Virus record (IMG/VR): IMGVR_UViG_3300034358_000044
Span: 64,001 to 128,000 of that record
DNA: 64,000 nucleotides
Reading direction: 5' to 3' (one strand)
From: a virus
The position numbers and the translations under genes were made by a program. The first letter of the stretch is position 1. Each line of letters opens with the position of its first letter. This document shows positions 27,220 through 35,180 of the stretch, in pieces. The notes under the pieces were generated by a model. It was given only the letters and a program-made list of their open reading frames with translations. It searched no databases and was not told where the DNA came from.

Positions 27220-27291
27220 CGGTCTGTACGGGAATCGGACCCGTCTCGGCACCGTGACAGGGTGCTCGCCTCACCAGATGCGTAACAGACC
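27220..27291 (-). tRNA. tRNA-Asp(GTC)
   Basis: GCACC-CU GUC AC-GGUGC; T-loop UCCGAUU. Confidence 0.85.
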
Positions 27292-27380
27292 AACTCGCCT
27301 CTCCTCCCGGTCGTAGACGAGGACAGGTCGTCATCCCGGTGAAGTCCTTCGGCACGGGAGAGGCCCCGAGCCTGAATCTG

Positions 27381-27452
27381 GGCGAAGTACGGGACTCGAA
27401 CCCGTGTTTCAAGAGTCACAATCTTGCGTCCTGCCGCTGGACGAACTCCACC
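27381..27452 (-). tRNA. tRNA-His(GTG)
   Basis: CAAGA-UU GUG AC-UCUUG; G-1:C73. Confidence 0.9.
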
Positions 27453-27586
27453 ATACAACTGTTGAACCACCCTCTTCGCCCGGCCTTGTGTTGGAAAGGG
27501 CAAGCCCTCTGGGTCTCTCACCCAGTGAAACAGCTCACTTCAACTTCGAAGCTGCTGCACCCTCCGGCGCCTACTTAGGTTCAACA

Positions 27587-27658
27587 TGCACCAAGAAGGA
27601 ATTGAACCTTCCACCTCACGCTTATCAGGCATGCGCTCTACCAATGAGCTACTGGTGC
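27587..27658 (-). tRNA. tRNA-Ile(GAT)
   Basis: CAUGC-CU GAU AA-GCGUG. Confidence 0.9.
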
Positions 27659-27664
27659 GAACTT

Positions 27665-27874
27665 CTACTTCTTGATCTCCTTCCAGTTACCACTGAACCT
27701 TTCTTCCCAATATCCAACTGGAATGGACAGATCATCAGACCCGCCTTCTGGAGGAAGCCCCTTCATCCAGTAAGGTCTGTGTCCCAACATCGTGAGGAGT
27801 TCCTTTTCATTGACGATTCTAGGACTACGCTCAACAACACGTTGACCACCAAGATGAAGCTCGAATGTTCTCAT
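27665..27874 (-). CDS. Hypothetical protein
   Basis: ORF MRTFELHLGG... fills the gap between two tRNAs. Confidence 0.45.
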   Translation of the reverse strand: MRTFELHLGGQRVVERSPRIVNEKELLTMLGHRPYWMKGLPPEGGSDDLSIPVGYWEERFSGNWKEIKK

Positions 27875-27875
27875 G

Positions 27876-27949
27876 TCGAGGAGACAGGATTTGAACCTGC
27901 GATCTCTTGGATCCGAACCAAGCGCGATACCAGTCTTCGCTACTCCTCG
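27876..27949 (-). tRNA. tRNA-Pro(CGG)
   Basis: CUUGG-UU CGG AU-CCAAG. Confidence 0.9.
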
Positions 27950-28050
27950 ATGGCCGGCAGTACCCGACGTACACTCGGGTCTCTTGGCTGTGCGCTCCCT
28001 GTTGCCAGGTGCCACTGTACCGGAGCCACTCAACTGAGTGGGTGAAGCTG

Positions 28051-28324
<274 letters not shown>

Positions 28325-28343
28325 GTGTCCTCGTGAAGATGAA

Positions 28344-28476
28344 GATGGGCAAGGTATTAGACTTGGGGTTTAAGCGCTCTACCGCTGAGCTACCCCGAGA
28401 TAGAATCCCGGGGGCAAGGAGTTGAACCTCGCGACCTCTCCATTATGAGTGGTAATCCAAATCAGTTCAGCCCATC
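28344..28476 (-). ncRNA. YrlA-type Y RNA #2
   Basis: 5' GAUGGGC-U-GAAC / 3' CCUU-GCCCAUC; T arm CGAGG-UUCAACU-CCUUG, capped acceptor-like stem CCCCGGGA/UCUCGGGG, D arm UA-GCUC-AGCGGUA-GAGC; no anticodon arm. Confidence 0.85.
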
Positions 28477-28478
28477 AG

Positions 28479-28552
<74 letters not shown>

Positions 28553-28561
28553 ATGCTACAG

Positions 28562-28634
28562 TACCGCGTACGGGAGTCGAACCCGTCTCTCCAGCTTGAA
28601 AGGCTAGCGGCCTCACCAGAAGCACGAACGCGGC
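28562..28634 (-). tRNA. tRNA-Glu(TTC)
   Basis: CUAGC-CU UUC AA-GCUGG. Confidence 0.88.
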
Positions 28635-28637
28635 ATA

Positions 28638-28709
28638 TGACCTTGGGGAGAATCGAACTCCCGTTCCCAGGATGAGAACCTGGTGTCCGAACCACTAGAC
28701 GACAAGGCC
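28638..28709 (-). tRNA. tRNA-Glu(CTC)
   Basis: CCAGG-UU CUC AU-CCUGG. Confidence 0.9.
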
Positions 28710-28713
28710 TACT

Positions 28714-28785
28714 AGACGAGGGTGAGAGTCGAACTCACTCATGACGGTTTTGCAGACCGTCGCCTTCCCACTTGGCTACCCCGTC
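28714..28785 (-). tRNA. tRNA-Cys(GCA)
   Basis: ACGGU-CU GCA AA-ACCGU; U73. Confidence 0.9.
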
Positions 28786-29632
28786 ATTCTTCTGCTCAGG
28801 TGTGCTTGTGGCCATACTTCGATGGTTCACTCAGCTTTCGAAGGGTACCGTCATCGTGATTCTCGTACTCGCTTGCGCGCTGGTTGGAGCCCTCGACTTC
28901 GTATCGCCTCCCGAAGTGGCGTTGACAGCCCCCTACCTCGCCATCATCAGCTTCGCCGTCTGGTACGGAGGGCGCTTCCACGGGTACGCAGTTGGAACCT
29001 TTGGCATCATCACCCGCTTCATCAGTGCCCAGCAGCTCCTGCACAACAGGCCCTACCTGAGCGCCTGGAACGTCGTCCTTGAGGCGTTGGTGCTGCTGGG
29101 TGCTGCCACCATCATCTTCCAGTTCAAGTCCGCCCTGGAGCACGAGAAGGCCTTCTCCCGGAAGGACCTGCTGACCGGGTTGCTCTCCCGCAGAGGCTTT
29201 GATGAGGTGGTGGAGCGCGAGCTCAATCGTTCGAAGCGCTACAAGACGCCCATCTGCGTGGCCCTCATGGACGTGGACAAGTTCAAGAGGGTGAATGACG
29301 TTCAGGGGCACAAGGCAGGGGACATGCTACTAAGGGGGCTCGGTCAGTGCCTCACCAAGGCCGTCCGCAATGTGGATGCTGTGGCCAGATGGGGCGGTGA
29401 CGAGTTCATCCTTCTGATGCCCGACACCTCTCTCAAGGATGCAGAGTTGGCCGTTGCCAGAGTGAAAGAGGAGCTTGCTCTCTTTTTCCAGCTCTGGGGC
29501 ATCGGTCTCTCCATTGGCGTCTCGGAGATTGGCCCCAAGGGAATCGACCAGGCTCTTCACGATGCGGATGTGAAGATGTACAACCTCAAGAAGCTCTCCA
29601 GGCAGGGCTCGAACCTGCGACCCCCGAGTTAA
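28772..29632 (+). CDS. Membrane-anchored diguanylate cyclase (GGDEF); start codon uncertain
   Basis: About 4 N-terminal TM segments; DLLTGLLSRR, DVDKFKRVNDVQGHKAGD, RNVD I-site, RWGGDEF, SIGVS, ADVKMY. Confidence 0.9.
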   Translation: MATPSFFCSGVLVAILRWFTQLSKGTVIVILVLACALVGALDFVSPPEVALTAPYLAIISFAVWYGGRFHGYAVGTFGIITRFISAQQLLHNRPYLSAWNVVLEALVLLGAATIIFQFKSALEHEKAFSRKDLLTGLLSRRGFDEVVERELNRSKRYKTPICVALMDVDKFKRVNDVQGHKAGDMLLRGLGQCLTKAVRNVDAVARWGGDEFILLMPDTSLKDAELAVARVKEELALFFQLWGIGLSIGVSEIGPKGIDQALHDADVKMYNLKKLSRQGSNLRPPS

Positions 29633-29667
29633 CAGCTCGGTGCTGCTACCAACTGAGCTACTGGAGA
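29594..29667 (-). tRNA. tRNA-Asn(GTT)
   Basis: CCGAG-CU GUU AA-CUCGG. Confidence 0.9.
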
Positions 29668-29682
29668 ATACCACTACGACTG

Positions 29683-29754
29683 TGCGCCCCCTCAGGGTCG
29701 AACTGAGACGTAAGCGCTTATGAGGCACTGGCTCTACCATTGAGCTAGAGGCGC
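29683..29754 (-). tRNA. tRNA with CAT anticodon (Ile2 or elongator Met)
   Basis: AGUGC-CU CAU AA-GCGCU. Confidence 0.85.
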
Positions 29755-29756
29755 GA

Positions 29757-29829
29757 AGCCCTGAGCCAGATTCGAACTGGCCACCTACTGATTACAAATC
29801 AGTTGCTCTGCCGAATGAGCTACCAGGGC
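29757..29829 (-). tRNA. tRNA-Thr(TGT)
   Basis: ACUGA-UU UGU AA-UCAGU. Confidence 0.9.
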
Positions 29830-29833
29830 ATTG

Positions 29834-29905
29834 CTGGGACACCAGGATTCGAACCTGGATCTGCCCGCTTCAAAGGCGGTCGTCTTACCTTTGGACGATG
29901 TCCCA
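29834..29905 (-). tRNA. tRNA-Gln(TTG)
   Basis: U1-A72; loop CU UUG AA. Confidence 0.88.
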
Positions 29906-29908
29906 ATG

Positions 29909-29979
29909 CTGAGGGTCAGGGATTCGAACCCCGATGATCAGTGTCAGAGACTGACATCCTACCGTTGGATGAACCCTCA
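29909..29979 (-). tRNA. tRNA-Gln(CTG)
   Basis: UCAGU-CU CUG AC-ACUGA. Confidence 0.9.
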
Positions 29980-30001
29980 AGATGCTACGGAGATTTGGTC
30001 A

Positions 30002-30075
30002 GGGGGTAAGCAGGTCTTGAACCTGCATCTGGACCGTCATGGGGTCCCGCTCTACCAACTTGAGCTACTACCACC
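30002..30075 (-). tRNA. Atypical tRNA-His(ATG)
   Basis: GGACC-CC AUG AC-GGUCC; G-1:C73; C33; 2:71 mismatch. Confidence 0.7.
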
Positions 30076-30355
30076 CGGGCACCCTTCACAGAATGCCATT
30101 CTCCCTACCCGTTTCCTAGGACGGAAGAGAGGAACTGATTGAAGATTGTGTGAGGTTTCCTCATGGGCCTGCTGAAGCTCTGGGCTTGTCACCCAGAGTT
30201 CCCATGAGGAGAACCCGACGGCCATTGCTGGCAATCACTCTCCTGGGGGATCGAACCCGTACAGCTCCCCCCCGAAAGAACACGATCTCTTCATGTGCTT
30301 TCGGCGAGGAGAGGGGGCGCCAGCCCCCATCTGGAGAAGACCTAAAAGTTGTGTG

Positions 30356-30427
30356 AGCGGGTAGAGGGACTCGAACCCTCGACATTCTGCTTGGAAGGCA
30401 GAAGCTCTACCACTGAGCTATACCCGC
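30356..30427 (-). tRNA. tRNA-Gly(TCC)
   Basis: GCGGGUA acceptor; UCUGC-CU UCC AA-GCAGA; U73. Confidence 0.92.
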
Positions 30428-30716
30428 GTACTGACCCCTGAGGGGCCCTTCGATGTTGGACCACGACGTTGTGCAATCCGGCTGAGTCGCGAGCTCATCC
30501 TCTCGGGGCTGGTACTGAGGGGTTCCCTGGGACGTGAAGATCCCGTGGCATCGAGCAGCTTCACTTCTTGAGGAACGCCACCCCGTTGTGCTTCCCGTAT
30601 GGTTCGGGCCTGGGTCTTGGGGCTCTGCGTCCCCTCACCAGTTCGCTTACACCATGCCGTACTGCGTGTCTTCATTGTATGTAATCACTGGTCCTCCTTG
30701 TGCGTTACATGACGTG

Positions 30717-30788
30717 TGCTCCCGCTGGGAATCGGACCCAGGACCCTTCGCTTAAAAGGCGAGTGCTCTACCACTGAGCTACGAGAGC
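30717..30788 (-). tRNA. tRNA-Lys(TTT)
   Basis: Loop CU UUU AA; T-loop UCCGAUU. Confidence 0.85.
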
Positions 30789-30835
30789 GCGACTGGCGCA
30801 CCGCAGCTTGGTTTCTGTCTCATGTTGTTCTCCTG

Positions 30836-30908
30836 TGGGCTCGGAGGGAATTGAACCCTCAACCTCGTGCTTAAGAGGCACTTGCTCTACCAATTGAGCT
30901 ACGAACCC
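30836..30908 (-). tRNA. tRNA-Lys(CTT)
   Basis: Loop CU CUU AA. Confidence 0.9.
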
Positions 30909-30949
30909 ATGCGCCTCTTCCCGAACTGCGGAAGAGACGTTCACCACTA

Positions 30950-30968
30950 CTATTCAGTTCTCAAAGAA
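30950..30968 (-). promoter_or_regulatory. rrn boxA-like antitermination motif
   Basis: TTCTTTGAGAACTGAATAG resembles the TCTTTGAAAACTGAA boxA-type motif of many bacterial rRNA operons. Confidence 0.45.
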
Positions 30969-30975
30969 ACCTCAG

Positions 30976-31062
30976 TGGGTGAGGTGGGGATCGAACCCAC
31001 CGGTATCTCGTAGAGAGACCAGATTTACAGTCTGGCGGGGCACCATTGCCCACGTCTCACCC
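30976..31062 (-). tRNA. tRNA-Tyr(GTA)
   Basis: CCAGA-CU GUA AA-UCUGG; long variable arm. Confidence 0.88.
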
Positions 31063-31077
31063 ATATTCGAATGTCCA

Positions 31078-31148
31078 AGCGGCTAGTGGGAATCGAACCC
31101 ACTTGTTCAGGCTGGCAACCTGATGCTCAACCAATGAGCGATAGCCGC
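31078..31148 (-). tRNA. tRNA-Gly(GCC)
   Basis: UCAGG-UU GCC AG-CCUGA. Confidence 0.9.
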
Positions 31149-31159
31149 ATATTCATTTG

Positions 31160-31232
31160 AGCCCAAGAGAGGAATCGAACCCCCGACCGTCTGCTTACGA
31201 AGCAACTGCTCTTCCAACTGAGCTACTTGGGC
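31160..31232 (-). tRNA. tRNA-Thr(CGT)
   Basis: Loop UU CGU AA. Confidence 0.88.
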
Positions 31233-31236
31233 ACTG

Positions 31237-31307
31237 CACGCCGCGTAGGAATCGAACCCACGTCTTCAGTTTTGGAGACTGACGTCCTTCCACTGGACGA
31301 GCGACGT
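31237..31307 (-). tRNA. tRNA-Trp(CCA)
   Basis: UCAGU-CU CCA AA-ACUGA; G73. Confidence 0.9.
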
Positions 31308-31591
31308 ATGGTGCTGCGGTCCTCCGTACGCTGAAAATGGAAGAGGCCAGGAACCTCGTGGGTGCCTGGCCTCTAGAAGGGATCCCTTTGGGGGGAGATT
31401 CTAGATGCCAGGCTTCCTCGGGTTCATCAGGCTGAGGCGGGGCTCCTGCTTCGTAAACGACGAATCGCACACGTGGGCAATAGCAGCGGCTGCTGCCTGA
31501 TACTGCTGCCCTTGTGTGGATGCGGAAGTCATGGAAGGCGAGCCTCTGGGTTGCTGCGACGGAGCAAACCTACGGGGCCTGACAAACGATG

Positions 31592-31924
31592 TCAAGCGAG
31601 AAACGATTCGAGGGGGATGGCGGAGGCCCCACCATCGGGATTGACCACCTCCACCACCACCCTCTCCTCCCCTTTGTCAAAGGTGCTACCAGCAGCCTGG
31701 GCGGGAGTCGACCTAGGACTGCTGAGATCTACGGTTGTGCCGGAGTCGTAGGCGTCCAGGCACTCGTCGCTACAGAGGTGAGGAGGGGGCATGGTGGTGT
31801 CGCTGATGTCCACCCACAGGGTACGCGCCCCACACACGGTGCAGGGGTACACCCGGCCGGAGTTCTGAATCCGGCCCACTGCCTGTCCCTCTTCAACCTG
31901 CTTGAAGGCGACGTTGAATCGCAT
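31592..31924 (-). CDS. Hypothetical protein with Zn-finger-like CxxC...CxxxC
   Basis: YPCTVCG...LCSDECL; translationally linked gene string. Confidence 0.65.
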   Translation of the reverse strand: MRFNVAFKQVEEGQAVGRIQNSGRVYPCTVCGARTLWVDISDTTMPPPHLCSDECLDAYDSGTTVDLSSPRSTPAQAAGSTFDKGEERVVVEVVNPDGGASAIPLESFLA

Positions 31925-31933
31925 GAGGGCCTT

Positions 31934-32152
31934 CTAGGTGAACTTGGCCCAGGAGTCACTCTCTTCATCTTCGTGCCAGCCGAACTCGTCCATCTTGGCT
32001 TTGTCCTCTGGCGTCATGGTGTCCTTGAGCTGACTCAGCTCTGGGCCGGCGCAGATGATGTCGTGCTGCGCATCCACCAGTCCTCGGCTCTTAGACGTTA
32101 CGTACTTCTGGAGGATTTGCAGTCCTCCAATGACGTCGCTGATGTTCGCCAT
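31934..32152 (-). CDS. Small hypothetical phage protein
   Basis: Tightly packed gene string; AQHDIICAGP motif. Confidence 0.7.
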   Translation of the reverse strand: MANISDVIGGLQILQKYVTSKSRGLVDAQHDIICAGPELSQLKDTMTPEDKAKMDEFGWHEDEESDSWAKFT

Positions 32153-32153
32153 G

Positions 32154-32639
32154 TCAGAAGCCGAGTTCGCAGAGCTCGCTGTAGTCGAGCTCGAAGGTCT
32201 TCGTCCGGCTGATGTTCTTCATGACCCTCTCGTCAGCGACGATGTTGTCCGCCAGGTAGCTGACCGTGGTACCGAGTCGGCGGAGCTCGTGCAGGTCCTT
32301 CTCCAGCGACTCGACGATGTCCTGGGGAATCCCCGAGTAGCCACCAGGACGTACCTCACGGTTGCCCACGGTGTTGACGGAGGCCTTGGTGAGGTAGGCG
32401 TTCACCTTGTCGGAGTCGTTCCCGGCCTCGATGACCTCCTTGGGGTCCACGCCCCGGCTCTTGGCGAGCTCCGCGATGCGCGCCTTGCTCTTTTCGATCT
32501 TGGTGTGGGTCTCCTTGACGCGCGTCTTGAGGGAGTCAGCGATCTCCTCCCCCGTCTTGTTGAACTTCAGGTTCTCGATTCGAAGGTGGCCGCCAGTTCC
32601 GTCGAACATTGCTTCCATCTTGTCGTAGCTCTTGCGCAT
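32154..32639 (-). CDS. Hypothetical protein
   Basis: Tightly packed; phage codon bias. Confidence 0.75.
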   Translation of the reverse strand: MRKSYDKMEAMFDGTGGHLRIENLKFNKTGEEIADSLKTRVKETHTKIEKSKARIAELAKSRGVDPKEVIEAGNDSDKVNAYLTKASVNTVGNREVRPGGYSGIPQDIVESLEKDLHELRRLGTTVSYLADNIVADERVMKNISRTKTFELDYSELCELGF

Positions 32640-32640
32640 G

Positions 32641-32826
32641 TCAGATGTCCTCGCCCTTCAGTGTGGACCTGCCAGATGCCCTGGCGCGGTTGATGGCCGC
32701 CTGGATGATCATGTGAACCTGCTGGTTGACTGCATCGATGAAGTCGTCTCCAGAACGCATCTCTGCGTCCTTCACTGCCTGCTTCACCTTCGAGACCACT
32801 ACGAGAACATCCACTTCTTTCGCCAT
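32641..32826 (-). CDS. Bacterial-type single histone-fold protein (Bd0055/HMf-like), 61 aa
   Basis: VLVVVSKVKQAVK...MRSGDDFIDAVNQQVHMIIQAAINRARASGRSTLKGEDI; helix1-helix2-RxTxxxxD pattern. Confidence 0.85.
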   Translation of the reverse strand: MAKEVDVLVVVSKVKQAVKDAEMRSGDDFIDAVNQQVHMIIQAAINRARASGRSTLKGEDI

Positions 32827-32835
32827 TGCGTGCTC

Positions 32836-33642
32836 CTACAAGTCCTTCGAGTCGATGAACCAAGACACCAGGAAGCTGATGCCCTTGATGGTGTGGCCGT
32901 TCTTGGTGAAGATGCGGCCGATGACCATCGGGTCGCCCTTCGTGGCAGAACGCTGTGAGGGAGCAGCTCCCAGTACGTCGAAGAACTTCTCCGAGAGTGC
33001 CTTGGCCGTAGCGTTGAGGACTTCCGGCTTGGCCAGCTTGAAGGGGAAGTCGATGTTCTCCTTGAACTCGGAGGCCCAGGCTTCCGTCACGTAGACGGGC
33101 TTCCCCTCCTTGTCCTTGTCCATGTGAACGTCGCTCTCGATGAGAGCCTTCGGGCTGACGAATCGACCCTCACTCAGGGCCGGGTTGTTGCTCTCCTGGT
33201 CGGGGATGAACGGCATGTCCGACCTGTAGGAGTTCTTCCGATCCGCCCACAGCTTCTTGGGGTTCTTCGCCGTGGTGCGAATGGCGAAGATGTCCATGTC
33301 CATGTCGGGGATGATGGTGTAGCCGGCCTTCAGCGCCGCATGGACCTTCTCGTAGAACTGCTTCTGCTTCTTGGCCTTGGTGACGATGGCCTCGAACGGC
33401 TTGCTCGCCCACTTCCTCTTCTTGGCGATGTCGAGGTTGTCCTCTGCGGCCTTGATGTCCACGTCGATCCTCTGGATCTTCGCAGTGGCCCAGTTCTGGA
33501 GCTTCTTCTGCGCCAGGTTCATTTGCTCCAGGGTGCTGGCGGCGACGAAGACGTCATCACCTTCAGAGTCCTCTGTGAGCTTTGCCGTCACGTCCATAGG
33601 AGCTGGAAGCGCCTTCTGGACGACTTCCTTCTCTTCGTTCAT
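32836..33642 (-). CDS. Hypothetical protein
   Basis: 268-aa ORF with phage codon bias. Confidence 0.75.
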   Translation of the reverse strand: MNEEKEVVQKALPAPMDVTAKLTEDSEGDDVFVAASTLEQMNLAQKKLQNWATAKIQRIDVDIKAAEDNLDIAKKRKWASKPFEAIVTKAKKQKQFYEKVHAALKAGYTIIPDMDMDIFAIRTTAKNPKKLWADRKNSYRSDMPFIPDQESNNPALSEGRFVSPKALIESDVHMDKDKEGKPVYVTEAWASEFKENIDFPFKLAKPEVLNATAKALSEKFFDVLGAAPSQRSATKGDPMVIGRIFTKNGHTIKGISFLVSWFIDSKDL

Positions 33643-33877
33643 AGCGAGTCCTTTGCAGTGGATGCTGCGTTGACGATTCGAGTGAGGAGCACCGACCTCT
33701 TTGTGCCTGCTGGGATGGCGATGCCGAGAACTTCATCGGCAAAACGAGCGAGATCGAAGTCGCTCATTCCCAGCAGTTGCTCGCTGCTCACCACCATGAA
33801 GTTGTTGGGGACGACCGTGTTGGGACGACGACCAGGAGCCGGTGGAGGTTCCGACTCCTGGAGTTGGGCCGTCGTCC

Positions 33878-34969
33878 CTACTTGGGGGACACAGGGCCGA
33901 TGAAGCCCTGGAGGAACGTCTGGAAGCTGGCCAGGGTCCCGGCGTTGCCCTTGGTGGCGGGCTGGAGCTGGGGGTTGGTGAGGTACATGTGGTGCAGGCT
34001 GGCCAGAATCTGGTAGCCGAGCACCCGCAGCTCATCGACATCACCCTGCAGCTTGGCGACCGCCTTGAGGGCAGCGTCGCTGTTGTGGGCGGAGATCTCC
34101 AGGCCCTTGCCCAGGGAGTCCAGCTTGGACGCCAGTCCGCCGTCCTGGGCGTGAGGCTGTGCCACCTGCTGGGGAACGAACGGAGCCATCTGGGCGACCG
34201 GAGGGACGAACTGCTGCTGGGGTGCCGGAGGCGGCCCGTTGAACTGCATCACCGGGGTAGCCGCCTGCTGAGCAGGAACCGGCTGGGGCTGGAAGCCGGG
34301 AGGGGCCATCGCAGCGGGAGGTGGAGGAGCCACGGCGTTGCCAGCAGCCGTCTTGCGCTTCCTGCCGGACACCTGCACAGCGCCGTCTGCCGGAGGTGCC
34401 TGAGGGGCGGGCTGCATCATCTGCTGCGGCGGCATCTGCATGGGCATCTGCACCTGCTGCGGAGGGATCCACTGGGCAGGAGCCTGGGGAGCCATCGGAG
34501 GAACCCCGACCGGTGCTTGGGTGAACTGCTGCAGCGGCTGCTGCTGGTAGCCGGCAGGAACCGGCATCATCTGCTGAGGCGCAGCCGGGACCTGGGCGAA
34601 CTGCTGCGGGGACATGGGCGCAGGAGCCTGGGGGACGGGTTGGAAGGACATCTGCGGACCCGCTGGGGGCTGAGCCATCTGGGGAACTCCATTCGTTGAG
34701 GGTGGGAGCTGCGGTACACCTGACGCGCCGAGATCGTTCTGGAGGTAGCCAGCAGAGATCTCGTGGTTGATGATGGCCGTCTTCACGAGCTCCCGGTTGT
34801 CGAGAGTCTCCTGGTAGGTCATCAGCGGATTGCCATCCGGCTTCTTGTAGATCATGTACGCCAGGTTTCGAACGGCTACGAACCTTGCTGCGTCCAGCTC
34901 CGTCTTCCTCTGGCTTGCAGTGGTGCCCGGTCGAGGGGCGAGTTCGTAGGTAGTGCCAGTATCAGTCAT
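33878..34969 (-). CDS. Pro/Gln-rich protein with folded N- and C-termini
   Basis: Central low-complexity P/Q/A/M region. Confidence 0.8.
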   Translation of the reverse strand: MTDTGTTYELAPRPGTTASQRKTELDAARFVAVRNLAYMIYKKPDGNPLMTYQETLDNRELVKTAIINHEISAGYLQNDLGASGVPQLPPSTNGVPQMAQPPAGPQMSFQPVPQAPAPMSPQQFAQVPAAPQQMMPVPAGYQQQPLQQFTQAPVGVPPMAPQAPAQWIPPQQVQMPMQMPPQQMMQPAPQAPPADGAVQVSGRKRKTAAGNAVAPPPPAAMAPPGFQPQPVPAQQAATPVMQFNGPPPAPQQQFVPPVAQMAPFVPQQVAQPHAQDGGLASKLDSLGKGLEISAHNSDAALKAVAKLQGDVDELRVLGYQILASLHHMYLTNPQLQPATKGNAGTLASFQTFLQGFIGPVSPK

Positions 34970-35180
34970 CTTCTTCTCCTGTGTGGACGGGCCGGTTGAG
35001 GAAGGCCCGTATTGCTTGTGCGTCCCCGTACTTCTTCATCATGTCGAGTCTGGCCAGATACTCAGGTTCCAGAATGGCCTCGAAGAGTTGGCAGGTGTAC
35101 CCCTGGTAGATCTTCTCTTCATCGGTAGCCAGGCAGGACCCTATCTTCTTGCAACTGAGGCAATCCCCTCTTTGAATCAC
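34962..35180 (-). CDS. Small Cys-rich protein
   Basis: CLSCKKIGSC...YTC. Confidence 0.7.
   Translation of the reverse strand: MIQRGDCLSCKKIGSCLATDEEKIYQGYTCQLFEAILEPEYLARLDMMKKYGDAQAIRAFLNRPVHTGEEDD

Noticed and set aside
27495-27515. CUUGCCC as an additional Ro-binding half-site
   Set aside because: No partner strand with a bulged C/U in a compatible position; it more likely pairs locally
30140-30715. tmRNA (including two-piece form) or RNase P RNA
   Set aside because: No GGGG...CUCCACCA Ala acceptor, no tag ending in a LAA-type motif, no RNase P GAGGAAAGUCC-type core
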